A stretch of DNA of 24,000 nucleotides from an uncultured bacterium (GTDB lineage: Bacteria; Chlamydiota; Chlamydiia; Chlamydiales; Criblamydiaceae), in assembly GCA_964367715.1 (NCBI GenBank), contig CAYIYO010000008.1, positions 17,917 through 41,916 of the forward strand. The letters run 5' to 3'. Below the pieces are notes generated by a model. It made no database searches. It was not told the DNA's origin and worked only from the letters and a program-made list of their open reading frames with translations. Within the stretch, counting starts at the first letter, position 1, and every line of letters begins with the position of its first letter. The translations under genes and the position numbers were made by a program. Positions 1 through 9,240 of this stretch are shown piece by piece.

Positions 1-912
1 AACAGGGTCGACTGCTTCGAGGTGGCTGGGATTGGGAGCGAGATCGATACGGATTTTTTTTCCGTGAGAGGTTGTGAGCGTAGAGGAAAATCCCTTGTGG
101 TATTTCACGTCACCGCTTCCTGCGTAGGTGTTCGGGATGTAACGGTCTTCGAATTCAGAAAATATTTTTTCGTAGGATTTGTTTAAAATATTGCAAAGAA
201 CATTCAAGCGCCCCCGGTGCGCCATTCCTAAAACAAATTCTTCCTGCCCGTGGTCGGCGCCGGTATCGATTGTGATGGCAAGCATAGGGATAAGTGTTTC
301 TCCGCCTTCTAGGGAGAACCGTTTTTGCCCGACGAATTTGGTGTGGATGAAGTTTTCTAGAAGTTCGGACTTATTGAGATGTTGGAGAATGATTTTTTTT
401 TGTTCGATTGTGAGAACTGTTTTAAAGCGGGAGGGTTCGATGTGCTGTTGGAGCCATTTTTCCAACTCCGGATTTTGTGTTCCCATGTATTCGACGCCGA
501 TGTTTCCGCAGTAAATTTCTTTTAGGGCGTCGACGATTTTGCTCAGAGGGAGTTCTGTTTGTGGAAAAAGACCGGCAGTGGGAAAGAGGTCGGAAAGTTC
601 TTTTTCGGAGAATCCAAGTGTTTTTAAACTGAGCTGCCAGGGTTCTTTTAGAGGATGGATGGCTATTGGATTAATTTTTGCTTGGAGATGACCGTAGGTG
701 CGGTAGGCATCGATGAGGGCAGCGATGCGAAGTTGTTTATCCGCAAAATACTTGTTATTAACAACTTGCAAACCACTACTATTCTCCATACTCGAAAATA
801 GTTGCTGCCAGGAGGAATCCACCGATTTGGGATCGATAAGAAATTTTTCATACATGTCTTCGAGCAGATCAAGATTCGCAACCCCTGATCCGTCAAGGAG
901 ATGATCCGACAT
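1..912 (-). CDS. sucA: 2-oxoglutarate dehydrogenase E1 component, N-terminal 304 codons (3' end runs off the window)
   Basis: Absent from the ORF track because there is no stop in the window. Hand translation of the minus strand from ATG (comp. 912-910) gives MSDHLLDGSGVANLDLLEDMYEKFLIDPKSVDSSWQQLF...KRFSLEGGETLIPML...GMAHRGRLNVLCNIL...GDVKYHKGF...APNPSHLEAVDPV. It carries the E1o motifs RFSLEGG, GMAHRGRLNVL, GDVKYH and NPSHLE. GGAGAC lies 5 nt upstream of the ATG. Confidence 0.85.
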   Translation of the reverse strand, partial: MSDHLLDGSGVANLDLLEDMYEKFLIDPKSVDSSWQQLFSSMENSSGLQVVNNKYFADKQLRIAALIDAYRTYGHLQAKINPIAIHPLKEPWQLSLKTLGFSEKELSDLFPTAGLFPQTELPLSKIVDALKEIYCGNIGVEYMGTQNPELEKWLQQHIEPSRFKTVLTIEQKKIILQHLNKSELLENFIHTKFVGQKRFSLEGGETLIPMLAITIDTGADHGQEEFVLGMAHRGRLNVLCNILNKSYEKIFSEFEDRYIPNTYAGSGDVKYHKGFSSTLTTSHGKKIRIDLAPNPSHLEAVDPV

Positions 913-1009
913 AATGGGTCTCCACACTAATTCAAGCTATTCCTATAGATTTACCTTAATTCTCCATAAAATTAAAGACTGAAATACTCGCTATCGGTAT
1001 CTTATTTTC

Positions 1010-1624
1010 ATGAAGCGAATCTTACTCTTATGGATACTGTTAACGGGATGTAGCGCTCCTCCACCGGCGCCGCCATCGTCTTGGCAAGAGGTTGCGGGTA
1101 GAGAGTTACGTCATCCTATCTATCGTCTGCGCGTTCCTTTTGCATGGAAAAGGGAAGATTTTTCCCTTGATGATCGACTTGAAGACACGACAAAGCCGCT
1201 GTGCACCTTTGTTATCGAAGAGGAGCAGCGGCGGATTGAAATCACCCTCCACAATTTCCCTACTGCTACCATCAACGAGCGCGTCGCTTGCGGAGCACAA
1301 GTCGCGCGGTGGAGACGCCAATTTACTGAGTTAGATCCCTTATCTGAATCAACTAAACCTCAGGCGTTCGGAGGCTTTGCTGGACTCGTATTTTATGGAG
1401 AAGGAACGATGAAGGAAAAGAGACAAGCAATGCTCGCATGGGCAATGCAGTTGCCCTCCGAATTCTTTTTGAAATTTTCTGTCGAAAAAGATACGAATGC
1501 ACGTCAGATGCGCGCGGACTACACCATTAAAGCTGTTGGGGATCCTGAGCTGTTGTTTTTGCATCGAGAAGAGATTGAAGCGTTTGCGCGTAGTTTTGAA
1601 TTGATTAACGAGATTCCTTCCTGA
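1010..1624 (+). CDS. Lipoprotein of unknown function, translationally coupled to resB
   Basis: 204-aa ORF. The N-terminus MKRILLLWILLTGCSAPPP has a hydrophobic core plus lipobox L-T-G-C. Its stop TGA (1622-1624) shares the A with the resB ATG (1624-1626). No CxxC thioredoxin motif and no family recognised. Confidence 0.6.
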   Translation: MKRILLLWILLTGCSAPPPAPPSSWQEVAGRELRHPIYRLRVPFAWKREDFSLDDRLEDTTKPLCTFVIEEEQRRIEITLHNFPTATINERVACGAQVARWRRQFTELDPLSESTKPQAFGGFAGLVFYGEGTMKEKRQAMLAWAMQLPSEFFLKFSVEKDTNARQMRADYTIKAVGDPELLFLHREEIEAFARSFELINEIPS

Positions 1625-3960
1625 TGAGATCCCTTTTTCATTTTATTGGTGGCGTTGTGTTTGCAATTATTTTGATTGCGTTGACAGCGTGCATGGTGAT
1701 TGTTGGAACCTTCATTGAAGCCAAGACAGAGTCGCATCGGTTTGCTGCGCTGTTTACCTATAGCAGCCCTTTATTCTCGCTTTTGTTATGTGGATTCTTC
1801 CTTAACATTTTGTTTGCTGCATTGCGACGATGGCCTTTTAAGAAGCGACATTTTCCTTTTTTGATCACACATTTAGGCCTATTGATGGTGATTGGCAGTA
1901 CGTTGATCAAACAACTGGCTGGGGTGCAAGGAATTTTATTTTTACGAGAAGGACAAGGATCTGACACGTTATTCATTCCTGACACGTATGTGGTCCAGGT
2001 CGAGAAACAGACAGGGAATGGAATCCTCAAGGCGGAATTTCCTGTCGGAACAAAACACCACACATTGTTTCCGGAATTAACAGTGAATGTGTTGAAAGAA
2101 TTTCCGCATTCAAAAGAAAAATTTGTCAGCTGGATAAAAAACGAACGCGCAGAGATTTTTGGATTACAGCCGATTGCTGTTGTCGACGAAGAAAATGTTC
2201 AAGGAACGATTCCCGTGGCGACGCGCGTGCGCTTTCATCATCCAGAAGCTGCGCCATGGAATGTGTTTGCTTTACGCAGCAAGGACTTAAAAAAGACAGT
2301 GGAGCGATTGTACCGACAAGATGCCGAAGTGTTGATTGTGTCTCTGCAAGACCAGCAAATTCTGCATCGCCAGCCTTTTGCGGACCGGATTGAGTGGAAC
2401 CAAGGTCACGTAGAATTGTCGGTAAAAGACAACTCATCTATCGAAGCAACGATTGCTTTTGGAGACCATTCGCCCCGTCCATTTTTAATCCCTCTTCACG
2501 GCAATGAAGCACTTGAAAATAAAGGCGACACTCTGTTGATGCCACAGGCTATTGCGCTGGAAATCGAACGCTCCCCTGCGATTGCTTTTATCGAAGGAGA
2601 GGATGGGGATAGCTGTGTTGCGACGTTTGATCCACATGGAAAACTCCATGTCGACTATTTTTCTTCCGATAAGCTGGATCGTTTATTCATTTATAACGAA
2701 GGGTTTGGAGGCTATGGAGTGCAGTACCAGTTTCCTTTCCCTGCGTATCCGTGCGGACGAAAAGAATTATGTGAAGCGCGCTCCTATGCTTTTGAAAACC
2801 AGTTGCGTCTTTTGATCGAAAATACAACTTCCTTGACTCCACCTTTGCGCCTACTACATACCGCTTGTAAGAAGGCAGAGGCTGATACTGCTGCCGCTTT
2901 TGTCGAGCTATTACGTGGATGGAAAAATTCAAGTGGATATTTTTTTTCAGGTGAGACGCCAGTCTCTGAAACCCTTGCAAAGGTTCTTTCTCACCTAAAC
3001 TGGAAAAGTATTCCGCATGACGAATATGTTTCTATTTTTTGGGCGTCTCTTTTAACTTTCGACTTAGAAAAAGAAGCCAAAGCAGGGAAAAAGTTGCTTC
3101 CGTTGTTATTACAGAATCAATGGCCTTTGGCTCATCTCATCGACGCAACAACGAACAAAGAGATTCTAGACGGATTTACTCAACAAATTTTTTCTAGCCA
3201 CCAGATTCTTCCACCTCCCCCGCTTTCCTCTCACAAAAACTCTTCTGCAGAGAATGCGCGGCTTTTTTCTGCTTACCTGCGTGCCTATGGGATCGATCCC
3301 CACAATACCTTTCCTGCCTTTGAAACCAGCGCGGATGCGCATCAAAATGTAAAAGAATACCTTACCTCTAGCGACCAAAGAAAAAAAATTGAGCTCGCTC
3401 TCGCCGCTACTGATCCAATCACAATTGAAACTTCGCTCGCCCCGTTATTTTCTGCCCTTCCTCCCAACACGCATTTAGAAGAGAATGTTCCATTGATTGT
3501 TGTAGAGATTAAAGAAGGAGAAAAAAAAGAGCGTGTGGCGCTAAGGTACGATCGGTTAAGCCAAGGATTTTACACGCCGGCGCTAGACGGGCGCTATCGC
3601 CTCCGTTTCCAGCCCCAGCATATGCAACTCCCCTGCCGCCTGCGCTTGCGTCAGGCGCGCCTTATTCCTTATGCAAATTCCAGCCAGCCTTTTAGTTATG
3701 AATGCGAGTTATTGATTACGAATTCGCAAGGGATCCTCGAAGAAAAAACGGTAAGCATGAATGATGTGTATGAAAATGCAGAGGGCTATCGCTTCTACCT
3801 TTCGACCATCTCTCCTCCGGATGAAACCGCAGTGAAGCGGATACAGCTTGCGGTGAATTATGATCCTATGAAATATATTTTATTAATTCCTGGAACGCTC
3901 TTGATTGCGTTGGGAATTGTTCTTTTGTTTTGGCGTCCCTTCACAGGAAAAAAAAAGTAA
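1624..3960 (+). CDS. resB: ResB/CcsB-type cytochrome c biogenesis protein (System II), unusually long at 778 aa
   Basis: N-terminal TM FIGGVVFAIILIALTACMVIVGTFIE. Second TM region followed by HLGLLMVIGSTLIK...GILFLREGQ. Large soluble middle part. C-terminal NYDPMKYILLIPGTLLIALGIVLLFW anchor. This is ResB-like topology and motif order, and ccsA follows directly. Confidence 0.75.
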   Translation: MRSLFHFIGGVVFAIILIALTACMVIVGTFIEAKTESHRFAALFTYSSPLFSLLLCGFFLNILFAALRRWPFKKRHFPFLITHLGLLMVIGSTLIKQLAGVQGILFLREGQGSDTLFIPDTYVVQVEKQTGNGILKAEFPVGTKHHTLFPELTVNVLKEFPHSKEKFVSWIKNERAEIFGLQPIAVVDEENVQGTIPVATRVRFHHPEAAPWNVFALRSKDLKKTVERLYRQDAEVLIVSLQDQQILHRQPFADRIEWNQGHVELSVKDNSSIEATIAFGDHSPRPFLIPLHGNEALENKGDTLLMPQAIALEIERSPAIAFIEGEDGDSCVATFDPHGKLHVDYFSSDKLDRLFIYNEGFGGYGVQYQFPFPAYPCGRKELCEARSYAFENQLRLLIENTTSLTPPLRLLHTACKKAEADTAAAFVELLRGWKNSSGYFFSGETPVSETLAKVLSHLNWKSIPHDEYVSIFWASLLTFDLEKEAKAGKKLLPLLLQNQWPLAHLIDATTNKEILDGFTQQIFSSHQILPPPPLSSHKNSSAENARLFSAYLRAYGIDPHNTFPAFETSADAHQNVKEYLTSSDQRKKIELALAATDPITIETSLAPLFSALPPNTHLEENVPLIVVEIKEGEKKERVALRYDRLSQGFYTPALDGRYRLRFQPQHMQLPCRLRLRQARLIPYANSSQPFSYECELLITNSQGILEEKTVSMNDVYENAEGYRFYLSTISPPDETAVKRIQLAVNYDPMKYILLIPGTLLIALGIVLLFWRPFTGKKK

Positions 3961-3961
3961 T

Positions 3962-5455
3962 ATGAGTCATTTTCTCCTCGTTCTTCTTTCTTTCACTTTT
4001 TTTGCCTCTTCTGCTTCGTGTGAGGCGAGCGAATTTGAGGCGCTTAATCAAATTCCTATCGCCTACAAAGGCCGCTTTCGTCCACTCGATGCGGCACTGG
4101 CGCTGGGAATTGTCGCAGAAGAAAACGGAGCTCTTCTAACTTCTGAAAAAGAATTTTGGCGGATACATTTTTCAAAAAATATTTATATAAACAAGACGGA
4201 AACAAAGAGTTCTCTCGTCCAACGTCTCAACGGACTGTCCACTCCCCCACTGGCATTGCCAAGCAAGGCAAAAAATGGACAATGGATTTCTCTACAAGCA
4301 TTGGCTTTAAAAGAAGCAGATGGAACTCCGATTGGAAACTTCACTGCGTATTCACTCCCTCTCTTTAAAGAGATTCAAAATGCTTACCTCGCATTGGAGC
4401 GTGAAGTCCGGAATGAAGGCGCGATGGCTGCTGCTGCGACGCAGCTGTCGGCACTACTAATGGAAGGCTATGATTCGCTAGAGGGACATTCCTACGCCCT
4501 CTCCAAAAATAAGGCATTGTACTATCCGAGTCGACACCAATTGCAGGCCGAAAGTTTGTATTATCGATTGCCATGGGTCATTGTGACGGCGGGCAGTTAT
4601 CTTTTTGCGACCCTTTTGTGGATCTTTTCCTTTCGTCGTACAGCTTTTATCGGAACACTCATTGCCTTTGTGCTCAATACCGCTTTGTTAGTGATCCGCT
4701 GCTACATCCTCCAACGCCCGCCAGTAACCAGCATGTTTGAAACAGTGCTGTTTGTTCCTTGGGTGGCGATGGTCGCCGGATTCCTCCTGCAAGCGACACT
4801 AAAAACACACAAAGCATTAGTAGGCGCAGTGGTTGCCAGCACCCTTCTTTTTGCCATTTTATTGCTATCCGGCATGACAAATGAAATGGAAAACGTGCAA
4901 GCGGTCTTGGATTCCCAATACTGGCTAATGATCCATGTACTGATGGTTGTTGGCAGCTACGGGGTCTTCGCCCTAGCAGGAATCCTTGGCCATTTCTATT
5001 TAGTACGCACTTTTTTGGATCCCAAACGGGACTTTTCGTTATTATCTTCTCTCATTTTGCAGGCTCTTTACATCGGAACGGCACTTTTGGTAGTGGGGAC
5101 AATCCTTGGTGGAATTTGGGCGGCGCAAAGTTGGGGGCGTTTTTGGGATTGGGATCCTAAGGAGTCTTGGGCGTTCATTTCATCAAGTTTTTATTTGATA
5201 TGTATCCACGCTTACCGCTTTAACAAAATGGGACCCCGCGGACTTGCCGTCGGCGCCATTATAGGACTACTATCGATCACCTTTACTTGGTATGGGGTCA
5301 ATTATATTCTTGGAACAGGACTCCATAGCTATGGATTTGGATCGGGCGGCGAACCCTTTTACTTTGCCTATTTGGTCGGAGAAGTCCTTTTCCTAGGGGG
5401 AATTGCCCTTTGCTCCCGCAAAAATTCCTTGAGAAAAAAATCCTCTATCCTCTAG
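3962..5455 (+). CDS. ccsA: Cytochrome c assembly protein CcsA/ResC (heme-handling WWD protein) with a ~215-aa N-terminal extension
   Basis: WGRFWDWDPKESWAF matches the W-rich WWD heme-handling motif, and there are multiple TM helices in the C-terminal 280 aa. I moved the start from the track's 3905 to ATG 3962 (MSHFLLVLLSFTFFASSAS, signal-like). The 3905 start would overlap resB by 56 nt. Confidence 0.85.
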   Translation: MSHFLLVLLSFTFFASSASCEASEFEALNQIPIAYKGRFRPLDAALALGIVAEENGALLTSEKEFWRIHFSKNIYINKTETKSSLVQRLNGLSTPPLALPSKAKNGQWISLQALALKEADGTPIGNFTAYSLPLFKEIQNAYLALEREVRNEGAMAAAATQLSALLMEGYDSLEGHSYALSKNKALYYPSRHQLQAESLYYRLPWVIVTAGSYLFATLLWIFSFRRTAFIGTLIAFVLNTALLVIRCYILQRPPVTSMFETVLFVPWVAMVAGFLLQATLKTHKALVGAVVASTLLFAILLLSGMTNEMENVQAVLDSQYWLMIHVLMVVGSYGVFALAGILGHFYLVRTFLDPKRDFSLLSSLILQALYIGTALLVVGTILGGIWAAQSWGRFWDWDPKESWAFISSSFYLICIHAYRFNKMGPRGLAVGAIIGLLSITFTWYGVNYILGTGLHSYGFGSGGEPFYFAYLVGEVLFLGGIALCSRKNSLRKKSSIL

Positions 5456-5466
5456 GATATAAAAGT

Positions 5467-5492
5467 GGGGGCCTTACTCTCCCTAATTTTTT
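5467..5492 (+). terminator. Possible intrinsic terminator after ccsA
   Basis: GGGGG (5467-5471), a 7-nt loop, then CTCCC (5479-5483). This is a 5-bp stem including one G-T pair, followed by TAATTTTTTATTATT. The stem is short. Confidence 0.35.
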
Positions 5493-5519
5493 ATTATTCA
5501 GAAGGTTAGAATAAATCGC

Positions 5520-6005
5520 ATGAGACAAATTAAGAGTGAAAGACTTAAGAAGTTGGAGCAGGAGCTAACTGATTTAGAGCAGTGGTTAAAGCTCGGATTG
5601 GTTCCTAAAAAAGACATCCAACGTCATAAGGAAGAAATCGTTACTATTACGGCAAAAATCGAAGAAGAAAAAGAACGTCTCCAATTCTTAAAAGAAAGCG
5701 GCGAAGGCGAAGAGTATGTCACGCCAAAACGTCAAGCAGCACGCGCAGCTTACACTGAGCTTCCTACTATCCCTGATATCGACCTTGGCGAAACTGCAGC
5801 AGGCGTTCACGACACGACCTTTGATGTGGATTCTGATGCGACAGAGACGGACATGAGCGATGACGAAGACCGTACGGAATCAGAAGACAAAGATGACAGC
5901 GACGAAGACGAAGATGATGCAGAAGAAGAATCCTTCTTTAGCGAACGCAACCGCTGGCGCCGTGGTTTCAAAGATATTATCGATCCTGACGCGAACGAAT
6001 GGTAG
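5520..6005 (+). CDS. Hypothetical protein with an N-terminal coiled-coil-like region and a highly acidic D/E/S-rich C-terminal half
   Basis: 161-aa ORF with GAAGG about 15 nt upstream. Sequence includes LKKLEQELTDLEQWLKLG...EEEKERLQFLKE, then DSDATETDMSDDEDRTESEDKDDSDEDEDDAEEE. Its stop TAG (6003-6005) lies inside the hemW start (ATGGTAG), a 7-nt overlap. Confidence 0.6.
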   Translation: MRQIKSERLKKLEQELTDLEQWLKLGLVPKKDIQRHKEEIVTITAKIEEEKERLQFLKESGEGEEYVTPKRQAARAAYTELPTIPDIDLGETAAGVHDTTFDVDSDATETDMSDDEDRTESEDKDDSDEDEDDAEEESFFSERNRWRRGFKDIIDPDANEW

Positions 6006-7147
6006 ACAGTTCGTCGCACTGTATTAGCCTCTATTTTCATATCCCCTTTTGTAAAAAGAAATGTGGTTATTGCCATTTTTACGTCATCCCAGATAAAGAT
6101 GCTTTTAAAGAAGCCTTGATGGAAGGATTACGGACGGAATGGCAACTCCGCCTTCCCCTTCTTCATGATAAAGAGGTGGTTTCCGTCTACTTTGGCGGAG
6201 GCACTCCTTTTTTATTGGGACCGGAGAAAGTAGGAGAAATCCTGAGTTGGATCGCTCCCCTATTTTCTAAGGAAGAGATCCCAGAAATCACACTCGAAGC
6301 CAATCCAGAGTTCATTGATAAAGCATCAATAGAAGCCTTTGCTTCCATCGGAATCAATCGCGTGAGCATGGGCGTCCAAAGCTTCGATGATGTCCTCCTG
6401 CAGCGCCTCACGCGCGACCATGACGCAAAAAGCGCATCCGCCGCGGTTCTCGCTACTGCCCAAGCCGGCATCACTAATATTTCCATCGATTTGATGTACG
6501 ATATTCCAGGCCAGACCGTCGAAAGCTGGCAACGCACTCTTGAGCAGGCAGCGGCCTTGCCCATCACACACCTTTCTCTTTACAACTTGACGATCGAGCC
6601 GCACACTAGTTTTTTTAAGCATAAAAATCGCTTAGAAGCGGATCTCCCTGATGAAGAAGCGAGTGCTCAGATGTACAAAAATGCAGTTTCAACGCTAGCC
6701 CAGCATGGACTCGACCAGTACGAAATCTCTGCTTTTGCGCGCGATGACAAGCAGTCGCGGCATAATGTCGGATATTGGATTGCACGCCCTTTTTTAGGAT
6801 TTGGCCCTTCGGCATTTAGCTATTGGGAGGGGGCTCGCTTTCGTAATATTGCGAATTTAAATCGATACTGTGCACTTTTGAGAGATAAAGAATTGCCCAT
6901 TGATTTTGATGAGCGATTAGACGATGCCGCACGACGACGTGAGCTTTTAGCGGTCAATATCCGTCTCAAGAGTGGTGTTGACTTAGACGCATTTGAGCGG
7001 CGACATGGTTCTCTCGAACAAGAAGTGAAATCTGCATTAAAAGAGTTACTCGAACAAGGCCTTGTCGAGGAAGGTCCGATAAACGCTTACCGTCTCACAG
7101 AAAAAGGCATCCTCTTCTACGATACTGTTGCCGTTGCGCTCATCTAG
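5999..7147 (+). CDS. hemW: Radical-SAM HemN-like protein, HemW-type (heme chaperone / coproporphyrinogen oxidase-like)
   Basis: LYFHIPFCKKKCGYCHF carries the CxxxCxxC radical-SAM cluster motif. YFGGGTP is present. The 382-aa length fits HemW rather than the longer HemN. Confidence 0.85.
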   Translation: MVDSSSHCISLYFHIPFCKKKCGYCHFYVIPDKDAFKEALMEGLRTEWQLRLPLLHDKEVVSVYFGGGTPFLLGPEKVGEILSWIAPLFSKEEIPEITLEANPEFIDKASIEAFASIGINRVSMGVQSFDDVLLQRLTRDHDAKSASAAVLATAQAGITNISIDLMYDIPGQTVESWQRTLEQAAALPITHLSLYNLTIEPHTSFFKHKNRLEADLPDEEASAQMYKNAVSTLAQHGLDQYEISAFARDDKQSRHNVGYWIARPFLGFGPSAFSYWEGARFRNIANLNRYCALLRDKELPIDFDERLDDAARRRELLAVNIRLKSGVDLDAFERRHGSLEQEVKSALKELLEQGLVEEGPINAYRLTEKGILFYDTVAVALI

Positions 7148-7169
7148 TTGGAGGCGGTGGATTTTTTTT

Positions 7170-7197
7170 AAATTTTGCTTTTGGAGGCAAAAAATTT
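7170..7197. terminator. Weak AT-rich hairpin in the 50-nt gap between convergent hemW and uvrD
   Basis: TTTTGC (7173-7178) pairs with GCAAAA (7187-7192) around an 8-nt loop, flanked by A/T runs on both sides. Only 2 G-C pairs, so low confidence. Confidence 0.25.
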
Positions 7198-9225
7198 CTA
7201 ACTTAAATCGCCCCAGTCCTTTACATCTAGGTATTCTTTAGGGACTTCGAATAGGAAGCGGGAGGGTTTGCTGGGGTAGATGGCGCCCATGCGTTTGCGC
7301 TGGCGGGCCATGCTAATGGTTAAGAAACGCATGGCGCGGGTGATGGCGACATACATGAGACGTCTTTCTTCTTCAATACCTGTCGCCATCATGCTTTTTT
7401 CGTGAGGGATGATGTGATCTTCCATGGCGACTAAGAAACAGGCCGGAAATTCCAATCCTTTTGCGCTGTGAAATGTGAGGAGAGTGACCTTATCTTCTTG
7501 TTCGTTTTGTTGAGTAAATCTATCTTTATCTGATGTTAGAGGCATCTCTGTGATGAATTCATGCAAGCCGCATTTTTTTTCTTCTGCCTCTTGGAGCTGT
7601 TCGAAGTCGGACATGGCAGAGACAAATTCCTCGACATTTTCCCATTTAAAGTCGCGCATCTGCGTGCTTTTCACTTCTTCTTCGATTGTTTTGCGGAAAT
7701 CGATTTCTTCTATCAGCCACTGCATCGTTTCTGGGAGCGATCCAGAGGCGAAACGTTGTTTTGCTGTGTTGATGACATCGACAAAACGACGAATTCCTTC
7801 CATCGTCTTATTGGGAATCCCTTCTCGCAAAGCGGCAGCGCCTCCATTCCCCTGAGACACCTGCTCCAAAACAGTCCACAAAGGGATTCCATTCTGCCGA
7901 TTGTATGCAGTAATTTTATCTAAGACAGCTTCGCCAATCCCACGTCGAGGGAGATTGATGATACGGAGTAAGGCTTCTTGGTCGGTTGGATTGACAATAA
8001 CACGAAGATAGGCGGAAAGGTCTTTTACTTCACGCCGTTCGTAGAATTCGGTGCCGCCATGAATGCGGTAGGGAATCCCGTGCGTCCATCGACCGTGATC
8101 GTCCCATGCATGTTTTAGTAAAGCGAGTTCTAGCTGACGAGACAAGGCGTTTGAGCGGTAGAGGATGGCAATATCTTTCCATTTAAGGGCGTGTTGTTCG
8201 CGCAGACGGACAATGCGGCATGCGATGGCACGGGCTTCGTCTTCTTCCGTTGGGGCGTGGAAGACTTCTATTTTTTGGCCTTCGCCTTTACTGCTCCACA
8301 AGGCTTTGGAATGGCGTGTGCTATTGTTTCCGATGACCGCATTCGCTGATTTCAAAATATTATTTGTCGATCGATAATTCTGTTCGAGTTTAACGACTGT
8401 GGCACCATCAAATTCTAGAATGTTTTTAATGTCGGCTCCGCGCCATCCGTAGATTGACTGATCGTCGTCCCCTACGACACATAAATTGCCGTGTGAGGCT
8501 GTGAGAAGGGCGGCGAGACGGTATTGGATCGGATTGGTGTCTTGGTATTCGTCAATCATGACATATTTGAATCGTTCTTGGTATTTCTTTAGGACGTCTG
8601 GATGGTTTTCGAAGAGTTCGACAGTGAGGAAGAGAAGACTGTCGAAGTCAACTGCATTGTAAGCACGCATGCTGTCTTTTAGACGGCGGTAGACTTCTTG
8701 AGCGAAGTTGTCGTGCCATTCTGAGCCTGTTCCTATGATGCTTTCGGGGCCTCCGCCGCGGTTGCGGGCATTTTGGATGGCGGCGATGGTGGGGGCGAGG
8801 GAAGGAAGTTGTGTTTCTGTGCCGAGGATGTCGCGTGCGATGAGGGTGACGAGACGTTGGATGTCGTGTTCGTCGTAGAGAGTGAATTTTCCTGTGTAGC
8901 CTAGGAGAGCGATTTCTTCTCTTAGAATTTTCATGCAAAAGCTATGAAAGGTGCAGAGAGTGACCTGTTTTGCGAGGGCCGGATTGAGTTTTTTTCCCAT
9001 CCGGGCGCGCATTTCGGAGGCGGCTTTGTTGGTGAAAGTGAGGCCTAAGATGGAGGTCGGTGAGACATTGCATTCGTTGATAAGGTAGACCATACGTGTG
9101 GTGAGAACGAGGGTTTTTCCGCTGCCGGCGCCGGCGAGGATGAGAACGCGTCCTTCGGTGGTTTTAACGGCTTTGGCTTGGTCTGGATTCAAATTTTGAA
9201 GGAGAGGAGAGTTGACGTTTGACAT
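7198..9225 (-). CDS. uvrD: UvrD/PcrA/Rep-family ATP-dependent DNA helicase (superfamily 1A)
   Basis: 675 aa with AGAGSGKT (Walker A), TFTNKAASEM, DEYQDTN, VGDDDQSIYGWRGA, QNYRS, TFHSAKGLEF and VAITRA. These are the canonical SF1 helicase motifs in order. Confidence 0.9.
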   Translation of the reverse strand: MSNVNSPLLQNLNPDQAKAVKTTEGRVLILAGAGSGKTLVLTTRMVYLINECNVSPTSILGLTFTNKAASEMRARMGKKLNPALAKQVTLCTFHSFCMKILREEIALLGYTGKFTLYDEHDIQRLVTLIARDILGTETQLPSLAPTIAAIQNARNRGGGPESIIGTGSEWHDNFAQEVYRRLKDSMRAYNAVDFDSLLFLTVELFENHPDVLKKYQERFKYVMIDEYQDTNPIQYRLAALLTASHGNLCVVGDDDQSIYGWRGADIKNILEFDGATVVKLEQNYRSTNNILKSANAVIGNNSTRHSKALWSSKGEGQKIEVFHAPTEEDEARAIACRIVRLREQHALKWKDIAILYRSNALSRQLELALLKHAWDDHGRWTHGIPYRIHGGTEFYERREVKDLSAYLRVIVNPTDQEALLRIINLPRRGIGEAVLDKITAYNRQNGIPLWTVLEQVSQGNGGAAALREGIPNKTMEGIRRFVDVINTAKQRFASGSLPETMQWLIEEIDFRKTIEEEVKSTQMRDFKWENVEEFVSAMSDFEQLQEAEEKKCGLHEFITEMPLTSDKDRFTQQNEQEDKVTLLTFHSAKGLEFPACFLVAMEDHIIPHEKSMMATGIEEERRLMYVAITRAMRFLTISMARQRKRMGAIYPSKPSRFLFEVPKEYLDVKDWGDLS

Positions 9226-9240
9226 AGGACCATCCAGAAT

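Noticed and set aside
179-904. Track ORFs 179-514 (+), 713-904 (+) and 663-896 (-)
   Set aside because: All lie inside the sucA coding region, either antisense or in the wrong frame. The minus-strand frame ending at 912 gives an unmistakable SucA sequence, and these ORFs have no recognisable features.
393-3956. Homopolymer runs (T9 at 393-401 in sucA, A9 at 3948-3956 at the end of resB, and T8/A8 runs elsewhere) as phase-variation switches
   Set aside because: All are in frame within intact conserved genes, encoding Lys or Phe runs. Nothing suggests slipped-strand regulation.
3905-3961. Upstream start (3905) for ccsA given by the ORF track
   Set aside because: It would overlap resB by 56 nt and add MRWELFFCFGVPSQEKKSN ahead of a clear signal-like N-terminus. 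ATG 3962, 1 nt after the resB stop, is more plausible.
7148-7188. Direct repeat TTGGAGGC at 7148-7155 and 7181-7188 in the hemW/uvrD gap
   Set aside because: It is a single 8-mer pair in a short spacer with no further copies noticed. It is probably coincidental or part of the weak terminator hairpin context.
7550-8938. ORFs 7550-7855 (+), 7561-7923 (+), 8165-8377 (+) and 8648-8938 (-, R/H/P-rich)
   Set aside because: They are embedded in or antisense to the uvrD helicase frame, which carries all the SF1 motifs. The sequences are low-complexity or nonsense-looking.
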